Assembly: GCF_001194135.2 (NCBI RefSeq)
Contig: NC_068982.1
Location: 96,652,734-96,716,733, forward strand
Source of the DNA: Octopus bimaculoides
Taxonomy: Eukaryota
Direction: 5' to 3'
Length of the DNA: 64,000 nucleotides
Within the stretch, counting starts at the first letter, position 1; the number at the start of each line of letters is the position of its first letter. Of this stretch, positions 38,801 through 50,607 are shown one piece after another. The notes beneath the pieces were generated by a model. That model made no database searches and was not told where the DNA came from. It saw nothing but the letters and a program-made list of their open reading frames with translations. A program made the position numbers and the translations under genes.

Positions 38801-41800
38801 AGAAAAATACATTGCATCCTGCTTCAAATTACCTTAAGACTTTAGATTTTAAACTAGCCCCATCCAGTTCAAATGTTCTGCGTGTTTTATGTTCAAGCTG
38901 GCAAGACGCATCCTCTCACACTCTACCATGTCATTCTAAACGTAAACAATGACCTCTTCAAAATCTTGATAAGATAATGCATGATCAGTTCAGAAGGGTG
39001 TGTATAAAATGAGCTTTGCATTTGGCAGTAATCTGGATGGTAAAGCATTAATATGAAAATTCCTTTGAAAACAATGTGTTAATTTTTTTGTACAAACATA
39101 ACGGAATTGTACATGACTCAGCTTTTTGACAAATAGTACTTTCTAAATATTTTCAGCACCAAATTGAAACAGACGATGACCCACTTCTGAAAATAAAATC
39201 TCAGAAAATTGTTACTTGCCGTATTTGTAAAGGAGATCATTGGACTACCAGATGTCCTTATAAGGACACTCTACAACCATTACAAGATAATCTCAAGGAA
39301 GGAGAGAAGAAACAAGATGCAACAACTCCTGGTAGTGCTGCTGGTTCATTGGCATCAAAAACTGGCAAATATGTACCACCAAGTTTGCGTGATGGTGCCA
39401 ACAAAGGACGAGGAGAATCAATGAACAATAGCAAACGAGGTAAATATATTGTTTTAGTGTTTTCCTGGTGAACCTCAAATATTTTAAAGAATGTTTGTTT
39501 ACTTGAGCATATCTTGTATATAACATTTCAATTGTGCACATAGCTGCCTCTGTTTTATGCATAACATCATCGTTATTTAACATTTGTTTTCCATGCTGGC
39601 ATAAGTTAGATGATTTGACAGGAGCTGGCAAGCTAGAGGACTATGCCAGGCTCTAGTGTCTGCTTTGGCGTAGTTTCTATGGCTAGATACCCTTCATGAT
39701 GCCAACCATTTTGCAGAATGTACTGAGTGCTTTTTACGTGGTACTGGTGAGGCCATCAAGACATAGAGCCCCTCAGCTGAGAGGGTGCGTATATTGGAGG
39801 AGATAGTTTTATGCCTGGTGACGAAAGTTTGTAGAGAAGGTACATGGAGAAAGAAGAGAGATGATAAACAGTGTTGGGTTGCAGAAGCCAGAGTTGGGGG
39901 CAAGTGTAGTACATGGTAAGATGTAGTTTGGTTCATTGGGTGGGGGTTAGTGTAATGTGTGGGTGGAGAGCACATAATGCACAGTGCTTCCAGAACTTTT
40001 GCTGAGGTGGTCAGGTCCTTGCAAGAACCTCATATCACCAGACATCTCAGCCCATCATCATTGCTTGTGAGGCTCAACATCATCATTGAATGTCCACTTT
40101 TTTATGCTTGCGTGGGTTAGATGTGATTTGTTGAGGCAGATTTTTCTACAACCAGATGCCCTTGTTGCCAATTCTCACTTGTTTCCCAACAAAGTAATAT
40201 TTCCCATCACCTGACATGTTTTTCACAGAAGACTGGAGACAACATCTCTAGTATGATGATGTTCATTTCCAACGATTACACGATGTTGAGACATGGATAC
40301 ACACAAACACATACATGGCAGTTTTCTTTCAATTTCTGTCTACCATATCCATTCACAAGGCTTTGATTGGATAGAAGCTATAGTAGACACTTGCCCAAGG
40401 TGCCATACAGTAGGACTGAACCCAAGACCACATGGTTAGGAAGCAAGCTTCTTAACCACACATTGCTGTGTTCTTAATTTTATATATATATTTCCATCAC
40501 CATCATTGTTTTAATGTCTACTTTTCTATGATTGTATGAGTCAGATGGAGTTTATTGAAGCAAATTTTTTATAGGTGGATGCCCTTCTCGCCACCAACTC
40601 TCACTTGTTTCCTAGCAAAGTAATATTCTCCCATTGGTTAACGTGTTTATGCAGAATATTGAAACCGAATGACACTGCTTATGTAACTGACATTCATTTA
40701 CAGCAACCAAATGATGTCAAGGCAAGGAGGTACATCCACACTCACATGCACATATGATAGGGGTCCTTTCATTTTTTGTCTACCATATCCACTCAAGGCT
40801 TTGGTTGGCTTAGGGTTATATTAGAAGACATTTTCCAAAGATGATGTTCAATGAGACTAAACCTGAGACCATGTGGTTGAGCATCAAACTTCTCAACCTT
40901 AATGTCATATCTTCATTTTGTGTCTTGTATTTCCATGCTGGCATGGATTAGATGAATATTAATTGATGAGGTTGTACTTTACAGCCATATGCCCTTCCTT
41001 TCATCAATCTTTACTTGCTTTTCAAGGAAGGGATTTTTATTCTGTTGGGCTTGAAAAGTATAGAGCTACATGTTACATTGATTCTAGGGAATATAAACAT
41101 TTATACATTCACAAACATATATGTGGCATATAAATAGCACCCACTACACTCTTAGAGTGGTTGGCATTAGGAAGGACATCCAACCGTAGAAACCATACCA
41201 AACCAGATTGGAACCTAGTGTAGCTCCCCAGTTTTTTCAGTCAAACCCATGCCAGCATAGAAAGCGGGCGTTAAAGGATGATGACTGTTTGCTTAGTTAA
41301 AACTTGTCATCAAAATTAAATGCTTCAGTATTTATGATCATATAATTATACTGATTCACACATGCACACATAAAGGTATAATTTTGGATCATGTAGTTGT
41401 AATTTCACAGGCCAAAATGCTTCTTCGACAGAAGATATATCTTTAGGTGAAGCACTTAATTTTCCTAGCCTAAAACTTCAGATCTACAGTAGAAATCGAT
41501 ATGTCTATAATTTTAAAATATTAGGATGTCAATTGGTCAGCAAGAAATGTTTATATCAGTAGTTTATGTAAATATATTGTATTGTCTCACTATTGATTTC
41601 TTTATTCAGATGACTTTGCTACAATCCGTGTGACGAATCTCTCTGAGGATACTCGTGAAGCTGATTTACAAGAGCTATTCCGGCCCTTTGGAACTATTCA
41701 CAGAATATATTTGGCTAAAGATAAAAACACATGCCAATCGAAAGTGAGATTTTCTTTGTTTTTCTTCTCATTTTAATTCTGCTAACTTTTATGTGTATGT

Positions 41801-43373
41801 CTGTTAAAATTGAAAATCAAGCGAAAACCTTAAAACATGTTAGAAGCTAATAGAATTGATTGATTTATATGATTTTTTTTATTATAATAGTTAACTGTGC
41901 TACTACTAAAACTATTCATGGAAGGCATAAATATACAGCTATGTAACACAGTAAACCCATTTTGAGTAGCTGTATTGTGACATACTTATTTCAATGTGCA
42001 TTTTCACAGATATTGAACTTGGTAGCTTTAACACTTTCCATACACATTTTATATCAGAAACTAAGTAATGNNNNNNNNNNNNNNNNNNNNNNNNNNNNNN
42101 NNNNNNNNNNNNNNNNNNNNNNNNNNNNNNNNNNNNNNNNNNNNNNNNNNNNNNNNNNNNNNNNNNNNNNNNNNNNNNNNNGAGATGCACCATTTTGAGC
42201 GTGGCCGTTGCCAGTACCGCCTGACTGGCTCCCGTAGGATTTTCGAGTGAGATCGTTGCCAGTGCCCCTGGACTGGCTTGTGCGGGTGGCACATAAAAGA
42301 CACCATTTCGAGCGTGGCCGTTTTCGTGCGGGTGACACGTAAAAGCACCCACTACACTCTCTGAGTGGTTGGCGTTAGGAAGGGCATCCAGCTGTAGAAA
42401 CTCTGCCAAATTAGATTGGAGCCTGGTGTTGCCATCCGGTTTCACCAGTCCTCAGTCAAATCGTCCAACCCATGCTAGCATGGAAAGCGGACGTTAAACG
42501 ATGATGATGATCTTACATTCTGAATTAAAATAGTGCTGGATGGATTTGACTTTAACTTTTATTCCTGATGGTTTGATTAAAACAAGTGTTGGGGATGAAT
42601 TGAGATTCATTCAGCAATTCTACATCTGTCGCAGAAATGTTAACATACTAAATAAAATGCCATATTCATCTGATTTAGCTTTTCATACACTTTGGTTTGA
42701 TAAAATAAACATCAGTTTGTTACAAATTTATTGCTTTGTAACAATGTTTAAAATGAAAAGAATAAAAAAAAAGACAAGAAAACTATAAGTTACTGTATGA
42801 TGAAAAAGGCAAAGAAAATTACCACTTGTAAAGCAACATGAATTATTTGGACTTGAGATATAGAATAAGTATATTCAAGAAAAGCTTTTCAAAACATTTT
42901 TTGAAAGGTATACTCAGGATTATAAAGAGTTACATTAAGCTTATATTTTCTTCTATTTCTTATTGCTTTTTTGGTCCCTGGAATAGAGAACTTTATATAT
43001 ATAAAATATGTTGTGTTGTTGTTAGTGTCAACATTGGAGTGAGATAAATGTGGAAACATTACATGTGCACTTATCTCATAGTTGTCTCGTGGTTTTCTAA
43101 TAATTTCTCTTTTCTCTGATCAGGGTTTTGCTTTCATCAATTTTCATCGCCGTGAAGATGCAGCTCGGGCTATTCTTGGAGTATCTGGCTATGGTTATGA
43201 CCACTTGATTCTTAATGTTGAATGGGCAAAGTAAGTTTAACCATAACTTTTTCTAGTTACTTTCTCTCTGGAGATTTCTTCTCTTTCGTTCATACTCTGT
43301 TTATGTTGTACAAAAACATTTGTCCTTTTAAATTTGATGTTATCTTCTTTGCAGGCCATCTGTAACATCTTGA
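29870..43373 (+). CDS. EIF3G: Eukaryotic translation initiation factor 3 subunit G, spliced CDS of 9 exons, 876 nt, 291 aa
   Basis: join(29870-29877,29987-30024,32816-32937,34051-34110,38623-38727,39157-39439,41610-41743,43124-43230,43355-43373). All introns are GT-AG with consistent phases. Protein has SWAEQVE, WKKFG..E.DPPGPN, the zinc knuckle [30 protein letters not shown] and an RRM ([14 protein letters not shown]...KGFAFINF...[15 protein letters not shown]). Confidence 0.97.
29987..30024 (+). CDS. EIF3G: EIF3G coding exon 2 ([13 protein letters not shown])
   Basis: ttttaaccag acceptor and GTACGT donor. Contains the conserved SWAxQVE motif. Confidence 0.92.
32816..32937 (+). CDS. EIF3G: EIF3G coding exon 3 (DNEDEIIL...LGKHIK)
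   Basis: Phase 1 in, phase 0 out. cctag acceptor and GTATGA donor. KKITEV..GK.IK matches the KTVTEY..GKKFK region. Confidence 0.88.
34051..34110 (+). CDS. EIF3G: EIF3G coding exon 4 ([20 protein letters not shown])
   Basis: ttttatag acceptor and GTTTGC donor. Matches IVRTFRIETRKASKAVARRK. Confidence 0.93.
34702..38000 (-). mobile_element. Mariner (D,D34D-type) element in EIF3G intron 4, split by an RTE insertion
   Basis: TIRs with TA at 34700-1 and 38001-2. Transposase fragments ([29 protein letters not shown]) at 34744-35700. The 5' UTR piece resumes at 37896-38000. Confidence 0.88.
35793..37895 (-). mobile_element. 5'-truncated RTE LINE, 2.1 kb, with 8-bp TSD GAAACAAT
   Basis: RT motifs [37 protein letters not shown] and LLYADV. 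(GAT)n tail. TSD at 35785-92 and 37896-903. Frameshifted. Confidence 0.92.
38300..38472. mobile_element. Fragment of a recalled octopus MITE-like repeat (piggyBac-like end)
   Basis: Ends GAAATATGGTAACAAAAGGG (reverse complement of CCCTTTTGTTACCATATTTC). Based on a recalled consensus only. Confidence 0.35.
38623..38727 (+). CDS. EIF3G: EIF3G coding exon 5 (QWKKFG...FLNSKE)
   Basis: ttttttcag acceptor and GTATGT donor. 105 nt, phase 0/0. Confidence 0.95.
39157..39439 (+). CDS. EIF3G: EIF3G coding exon 6 (zinc knuckle to ...GESMNNSKR)
   Basis: ttttcag acceptor and GTAAAT donor. Contains [17 protein letters not shown]. Confidence 0.96.
41610..41743 (+). CDS. EIF3G: EIF3G coding exon 7 (N-terminal half of the RRM)
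   Basis: ttattcag acceptor and GTGAGA donor. Reads [28 protein letters not shown]. Confidence 0.96.
42182..42510 (+). mobile_element. Young RTE-derived 3' end in EIF3G intron 7
   Basis: Ends ...CCAACCCATGCTAGCATGGAAAGCGGACGTTAAACGATGATGATGAT. The 5' side runs into gap 42071-42181. Confidence 0.85.
43124..43230 (+). CDS. EIF3G: EIF3G coding exon 8 (GFAFINF...VEWA)
   Basis: ctgatcag acceptor and GTAAGT donor. Contains RNP1. Confidence 0.96.
43355..43373 (+). CDS. EIF3G: EIF3G coding exon 9 (KPSVTS*)
   Basis: tctttgcag acceptor. TGA at 43371-3. Confidence 0.9.
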
Positions 43374-43499
43374 TAGCTGTGTGTTGTAGAAGTTGATGAC
43401 TCCCACACATTTAGGTGTTCTCTTGATGATGCTGCCTAAACATTTTATTGCATTAAATAGTACCCACAACAGTCAGCTGCAGCTGACATGTGAAACATT

Positions 43500-43515
43500 A
43501 ATAAAACTTAATAAA
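43500..43515 (+). terminator. Tandem poly(A) signals of EIF3G
   Basis: AATAAA at 43500-5 and 43510-5, about 130 nt after the stop, followed by a U/GU-rich stretch. Confidence 0.7.
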
Positions 43516-45972
43516 ACAATGCCTTTTGTACTGTTCACTTTTTTTCCTGAGTTTATTGAGATTTGATACATATAGTCCAACTTGTAAGAAAGTGCTTATT
43601 GATGCTGAGTAAAATGTTAGTCACTCTTGTAATGATGAAACACATTTGTGCAGTTAGCTTTAGTTTATTTCTAATTAATCTAAAGTATGTTTAAACTTCA
43701 AATTTAGCTATAAAAATAACTTATATTAATTAATCTTGGAAAAGAGTAGTTTTTGTTGGATCTAAGGGCAGGTAGCCAAATGTATCAAAATCAACTGTTG
43801 CTGCAAATTTTGACAATAGTTAGTCTATGGGAAAAGAACTCAGAAGAAAGGCTGCTAAAAGCTACACAATATATCAATAATCAAACTTCCTATATTGTAA
43901 AACAGTTTGTAACCTAGATTTTTAAACATTAACTTCACGACAGAATTTAAAATTAGTACTGGGTGCAGCTTTTTAACTAATGAAACGTAAATTTTCAACA
44001 TAATTCAATTGTCTAATTATTTTAAGATGGTAGAATGCAGATTTCATAGAGTACTGGGGAATATGTCTAATATTCAGTTAATATTCATTCTATGTTCTTA
44101 GAATGAGATGAAGAGTTGGACATGCTGCTTGTGTTGGATCTAAGGGCAGGTAGCCAAATGTTTCATCGTTCAACATTTACATGTGTACATACATTGATAT
44201 TATATTGGATAAGAAACAGGCACCATAGAATAGAAAGAGCCCTTCAATTTTGCCAAAGATATGACAGCCTCCTTAATACTAGTGAAATGGTCAAATGCAC
44301 TAGTAGACTGTAGTGTGGTTGATGTTAGGAAGAGTATGCCTTCCATGAATAGTTTTAGTAGTAGCACAGTTAACTATTATAATAAAAAAATCATATAAAT
44401 CAATCAATTCTATTAGCTTCTAACATGTTTTAAGGTTTTCGCTTGATTTTCAATTTTAACAGACATACACATAAAAGTTAGCAGAATTAAAATGAGAAGA
44501 AAAACAAAGAAAGAGTGAGACCTGAAAAGAATGGAAATGAGAAAAGCTCAATGAATGTAAAAAGTATTACTGAACAAGACAATGAATTCCAGAGAATGAT
44601 GGGAATAGAATCGATGAAGGATGTTGAAAACATTGGTTAAGATGGCTGGGTCATGTAATGATGAAGTATGAAAGTGACTGGGTGAGAAAAGAGAATGCTA
44701 TGAATGTAGATGAAAGACCAAGAAAGAGTTTAATTGGCTTTTTGTCATTCTGGTAGAGATGAGGTAATAGAATAATTACCTTTCAGCAACTGGGTGTGGG
44801 GTGTACTTTATTTAATCATTTTTCAAAATGGATAAACAATTGAATCTTAATTACAATGAATATATATATAGTGGAAAATTAAGATAAACTCTAGAATAAG
44901 TTATTAGTTCCTACATATGTTCCTATTGCAATGGATCATCAGGGGAACAGATTTCATATCTGATGTTGATAGGCTATACAGAGTGCTAACTGTACATACA
45001 GGATTGTGTGTATATATATATATATATATATAGTTTCAGTCACTAGGCTGCAACCATGCTAAAACACTGCCTTGAAGGGTTTAGTTGAAGAAAACGGAAT
45101 AGTATATTATATACATTCACAAACGTATATTAAATTTTGTTACACCATATACTCTTGGAACAGTATGTGTCTGGGTTGCAAAGAAATAGATGAGCCAATC
45201 TAATAAAACTATGGTTCAGAGAATTTTGTATCACATAGATACATGAAGGTATATATATATATATATGTGTGTTTTCCAAAGTGGAGATGAACAGCTTTCT
45301 CTGTGATTGGCTTGAAAAATTAAGACACTAGGATATTTTCCTACTTAACATGAAATTGATGGTAGCCTTAATTCAAAAATAAATATCCACCAATGCAGTG
45401 CTAAGCACTCATTTTCATCGTTCAACATTTACATGTGTACATACATTGATATTATATTGGATAAGAAACAGGCACCATAGAATAGAAAGAGCCCTTCAAT
45501 TTTGCCAAAGATATGACAGCCTCCTTAATACTAGTGAAATGGTCAAATGCACTAGTAGACTGTAGTGTGGTTGATGTTAGGAAGAGTATCTAATTGCAGA
45601 AATCATGCCAAAGGTAATGTACTAGGGAGACGTCTCTGGCCTAAAGGAACAGTCATGTTAGCAAAGGGACTTGGGTTCGAGTATATATATGTCCACCATT
45701 AGAGGACTAGCTTCAGTTATTGGGGCAACTTCATATTAAAAGTTTCTTGATAGTGTACAGAATAGTATATTAATAAAGAAAAATTAGTGAAAGTAATGGT
45801 TTTGTTTCTAGTTTATTTGTATTTAGATATAAATGACGAAAATTGTCTGAGGTGTTCCAACCATAATCATCCCATCCTTTCTGTGTATGAAACCCATGAT
45901 TAAATTGTCTATGTTTTCAAGTGCGAATAGATGAAGATTTGGCTGCTATTTCTAGCAGCTTAATAGTGACAT

Positions 45973-46356
45973 TGTGGAGGCGCAATGGCCCAGTGGTTAG
46001 GGCAGCAGACTCGTGGTCATAGGATCGTGGTTTTGATTCCCAGACTGGGTGTTGTGAGTGTTTATTGAGCAAAAACACCTAAAGTTCCACAAGGCTCTGG
46101 CAGGGGATGGTGGCGAACCCTGCTGTACTCTTTCGCCACAACTTTCACTCTTACTTCTTGTTTCTGTTGTGCCTGTAATTCAAAGGGTCAGCCTTGTCAC
46201 ACTGTGTCATGCTGAATATCCCCGAGAACTACGTTATGGGTACACGTGTCTGTGGAGTGCTCAGCCACTTGCACGTTAATTTCACGAGCAGGCTGTTCCG
46301 TTGATCGGATCAACTGGAACCCTCGACATCGTAAGCAACGGAGTGCCAACAACAAC
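45973..46356 (+). mobile_element. Full-length tRNA-derived SINE (OK-like) with 11-bp TSD
   Basis: tRNA-like head GGAGGCGCAATGGCCCAGTGGTTAGGGC...GGTTTTGATTCCC and (CAA)n tail. TSD AATAGTGACAT at 45962-72 and 46357-67. Confidence 0.85.
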
Positions 46357-47282
46357 AATAGTGACATAAGTTTACTTAAATACACATATTAATGTTTGCT
46401 TTTATGTATATAGCTAAATATAGAATTGAAGGATCAGTCAGCACCTTTCAGTAGTGTCATTTTTTATATTTTTATAGTAACTGTCATCATATATGGATGT
46501 ATATCATCATTCTTACATCCACTTTCTATGTTGGTATGGGTTGCAGAGTTAGGATCCAATGGGGTAGAGGACAATGTTTTGCTACATTGTCTCAGTTTTG
46601 AAATGGTTTCTAAGAAGGGATGCCCTTCTTCATAGCAACCATTTTACTGAGTCTAAAATGATTCTTTTTCTTGTGGCACCAGCACTTGTGAGGGTGCCTT
46701 GTCACTCACAAGACTAAAGCCTGAGAAGGAGAATAGAAGAGTAATTGCTCACTTTAAGCAAGGTGTTGAGAGGTTCAAGTATGATGACAGATATGTAATG
46801 GGATGATACAGAGTAACTTTGAGTGGCAGTGGTCGGAATGGTGTCACAAGGTGGTAAATGTAGTGGTGATGAGACACCAGAACATCCCCAAGATGACATA
46901 AAGAAAAAGGAATGTGGAGAGGGGAATCAGCAAGTTCTGAAATATTCAAAATTGAAAATAATCAGTTTGAGTCTTGTGCATGTACAGATTCACACATATA
47001 CAGTTGTGTGTGCAGACATGCATCTTGGTAAAGATATTCCAAATGTGGTGTCTATCCTGTTTAAATGCATTCCAAACATGACCATCCAGTTTATTTTTAC
47101 ATACTTTCCACTGACCATTTCACATGTCAAATGTGACCATCTGTAGGGTCTAACATAAGGAAAAATGGACTTGAAAAAAATCTCCCTCATGTAAAATCTA
47201 CCATTTAAAAAAAAAAAAAAAAAGCAAAGGTATATCAGATTATGTAGTCTGGGGGTACTACCAGAAAAATAATATGGAAATA

Positions 47283-48496
47283 TGACAGTAGCTGTAAAGT
47301 TCATAGGCTGACTATGAAGGAGTAATGCTAGAGCTGTGAAATCTTGCATGCATTAATTTCAACTCTCATTAATAACTACATTGTTTCTTACCAGGTAAAC
47401 TGATTTCTGACTGTTCAAAGAAGACTTCAGAAGTAATTAGTAGCGACTTATCAAGAAATGTGACAAAATTTGGCATTGTGGTGTTATCAACTGCCTACAG
47501 AAAAAGAGTTTAGCCCACAAGAATATTCATGCTGACATGGTTACTATATCAGAGGATGATGCTCCAGCTTTATCAACTGTGGAAGAGTGGGCAGCTGAAT
47601 TTAGGCAGGGATGAGAAAGTCCTGAAGATGATCCAAGGTCTGGACATCTTACAACTGCCATCACTGCAGAAAGCATTGTGTTTACCACATGGTGATTGAC
47701 TATAAACCAAATAGTCAATGATATTAGCATATCCCTTGAGAGAGTTGAGAATATCCTGCACAATGAACTTGGCATGACGAAAGTTTGTGCTTGGTGGGTG
47801 CCACATCCGACACCTGATCCAAATTAGGCTGATCGCATCACAGGGAAATTGGACACTGTTTGAGGCAGATCCAGTTGGTTTCCTTGAACATTTCCTAATT
47901 CAGGTTGAGTGTTGGCTTCATCACTTTGAGTGAGAGACAATCCATGCAGTAGAAACACCCCTTCTTACCTGCTCCAAGGAAGGCCATCTGTAGGGAAGGT
48001 GATGGCCTCAGTTTTTTGGGGATCAAAGGGCATAGTGTTTACTGACTATATTCAAAAGGGCCACACCATCAATGGAGAGTTTTATGCCAACTTGCTGAGG
48101 CAGTTACAAAAGACTCTCAAGGTCAAACATCCAGAAAAACTGGTGAAAGAGGTCTTGTTTTGTTGAAACAATCCTCTGGTACACAAGTCCTTAGTGCATG
48201 ACTGAGGCAAATAATTCTCCCTGTTCTCCAGATTTGGCCCTATTTGTTTATCTGTCCCCCAATATGAAAAAGCACTTGGCTGGGAAGCAGTATCACAGTG
48301 ATGACATCATGTCTGCTGTTGATGACTTTTTTGATGAACAGGATGAAAGCTTCTTCACCAAAGGGATCCAAACACTGCAACACCAATAAAGAAGTGTATG
48401 GACTGCAAGGAGGACTATGCTAAAAAATAAACCTCATTTGGTCACATTCCATGAGAATATCTTAACTGCCTATGAACTTTTTTTTGCCCACCCTCA
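47283..48496 (+). mobile_element. Near full-length decayed mariner
   Basis: TIRs with TA at both ends. Transposase fragments GKVMASVFWG, TINGEFYANLL and SPDLA, with multiple stops and indels. Confidence 0.88.
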
Positions 48497-49590
48497 TATC
48501 ATTTTACAAACATAATGGGATCTATTTTAAAATGGGGGCCACAGTATTTTCTTAACGAAACACTTTGAAACTTGGTACACTGGTAGAATGTCATATAAAA
48601 CATCTTTTTCTCTTAGTAATGTACCTAGACGTACATTAAATGGTGCCACATCTGCTTTTTTTTTTTGTTAACTTTGGCTGCTGGTTCTCTTATTAGTTTT
48701 TGTTGGATTTTGTTTAAATCAAGAGTATTTGATTATGCATAGCCATGTAATAATTTCTCTTATTTTACCCTTTAAAAACCACAAAGAATTCCACATTTTC
48801 TGTAAAACAATTTCTCCTCTCATGTTTAAGAAACCTTAACATCATTGCTTGGTCAATACAATCAGTGTGTCAAGTCACATGTGAATTAGATAAAGAGTAG
48901 AAAATAGAGATATTCAACTCTTAAGCAGTGCATGCATATACACATATGTTAATACTTGCTTTTATGTCAAGTTATATATAAAAACAATTTAAAATTAAAC
49001 TGAAGGATTTACTTAATACATTATAGTGGCACACATATTTATTAACTTTTACAGGGAAAATGTTGACAGCGATTTGAAGTTTCAGCTTGCTTGCCTTCAT
49101 CAGAGTGTGATTTACTTTGGTTCTTTTTGGCTGGTTGGAATTTTGGTGACTGGAGTAATGTGAATGATTAGGTTTTGGTAGATAGGGGAAGTAGTAAATG
49201 TAGAAAGGCAGGAAAGTGAAAAGGATAGGAAGAAAGTATGTATTTGTAGGGTGTGGGTTGATAAAAAGGTATGGTGAAAAGATTTATATATATATATATG
49301 CACAAATACATACACACACAGAGAGAATAAGTGGTATCACTTAATTTAAAGACAAGAATTTACTGATGATGAAACGTGATTTCCATTTATTAAACAACTT
49401 ACCATGTATGAAGAGAAACAATATTTTACTCCTTTAAATGATAGTTTAAGCCCCAAAATACAAATTATTGACAGCATTAATGATGCCACACAAATGAGTA
49501 TCACTTAATGTAAGAACATTTAAAACAATTTTTTAAATGAAAATGGAATGTGTGCTTTAAAGACTGAGAAGTATAAAAACATATATAACA

Positions 49591-50607
49591 CTAATACTTG
49601 GTCAAATATCCAAAATTTCTCAAAACAGAATCACATCTACGAGGCATTGAATCAATAAGATTAATTATCACATTATCTGGAATTTCTTGCCATTTTTTTA
49701 CTATATAATCATACAATTCAGTCGATGTCCAGGATTGCTTTTGTTGAATGCTCATATTGACCCGTTTCCATAAAGTTTCAATTGGATTTAAATCTGGTGA
49801 TTGTGCTGGCAACTGTAGCACCTGCATTTTCTTGCTTTTTGTGAATTCCTTGATTGTTCTTTCAGCATTCTTAGGTATGTTGTCATATTGAAAAATCCAC
49901 GACCGTTCTAAATGACTTTTGGCATATGGAAGCATAGCTTTATCTAAGATCTCCACATAGGCCGTACTGTTCATGATGCCCTTGACTTGATGAATGGGGC
50001 CGACTCCTTTTCCTGACATGCAACCCCAAACCACGACACTGTCATCTGCGTGTTTAACTGTCAGATTCATACACTCTGATTCATCCCCTGTACAACGTTG
50101 GACGTACACTTGGCCGTCAGAGCTGAACAAATTAAATTTCGACTCACTTGACCATAAGATTTTTGACCAGTCTGAGGATGTCCAGTTCTTATGTTCCTGG
50201 GCGAATTGAACGCGGGCACATCGGTTTTTCAGAGAAATATAAGTTTTTTTCTGCGCAACACGCCCCACAAGTCCAAACTGTTTTAGTCTGTTTTTTATGG
50301 TTGTGATACAGATCTGCTTCTGATATTTCTGTCGAACGTTTTTCAAAATATCAACAGCAGTCATTTTCTTGTCCGTTGTCGATAAACGGTGAATGTACCG
50401 GTCCATCCGTTCTGTGGTTTTTCGAGGTTGCCCTGACCGAGGACGATCAGAATAGCCACCAGTTTCATTGAAGATGTCCACAGCATGATGAGCAGCAGTT
50501 ACAGAGCACCCAACATCAGCAGCTATGGCTCTAAAAGTCCACTTCAGCCTATGCAGTTGGACAATTCTCGATCGCGTTTCTGATGATAAGCTTTTGCGTT
50601 TACCCAT
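49591..50607 (-). CDS. Intact 338-aa Tc1-family (DD34E-type) transposase-like ORF, first catalytic Asp replaced; candidate domesticated gene
   Basis: Paired-like HTH plus RSGQPRKTT, WSSESKF (canonical WSDESKF), FQYDN, and SPDLNPIE with exactly 34 residues between D and E. No stops or frameshifts. True ATG is at 50607 (the track starts at an upstream TTG). Confidence 0.85.
   Translation of the reverse strand: MGKRKSLSSETRSRIVQLHRLKWTFRAIAADVGCSVTAAHHAVDIFNETGGYSDRPRSGQPRKTTERMDRYIHRLSTTDKKMTAVDILKNVRQKYQKQICITTIKNRLKQFGLVGRVAQKKTYISLKNRCARVQFAQEHKNWTSSDWSKILWSSESKFNLFSSDGQVYVQRCTGDESECMNLTVKHADDSVVVWGCMSGKGVGPIHQVKGIMNSTAYVEILDKAMLPYAKSHLERSWIFQYDNIPKNAERTIKEFTKSKKMQVLQLPAQSPDLNPIETLWKRVNMSIQQKQSWTSTELYDYIVKKWQEIPDNVIINLIDSMPRRCDSVLRNFGYLTKY

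Noticed and set aside
30025-43123. Intronic C/D or H/ACA snoRNAs in EIF3G, since translation-factor genes often host them
   Set aside because: The TGATGA hits are RTE (GAT)n tails or lack a paired CTGA with a terminal stem. A snoRNA scan would be needed to exclude them fully.
45973-46060. tRNA-like sequence
   Set aside because: It is the head of a SINE with a body, (CAA)n tail and TSD, not a tRNA gene.
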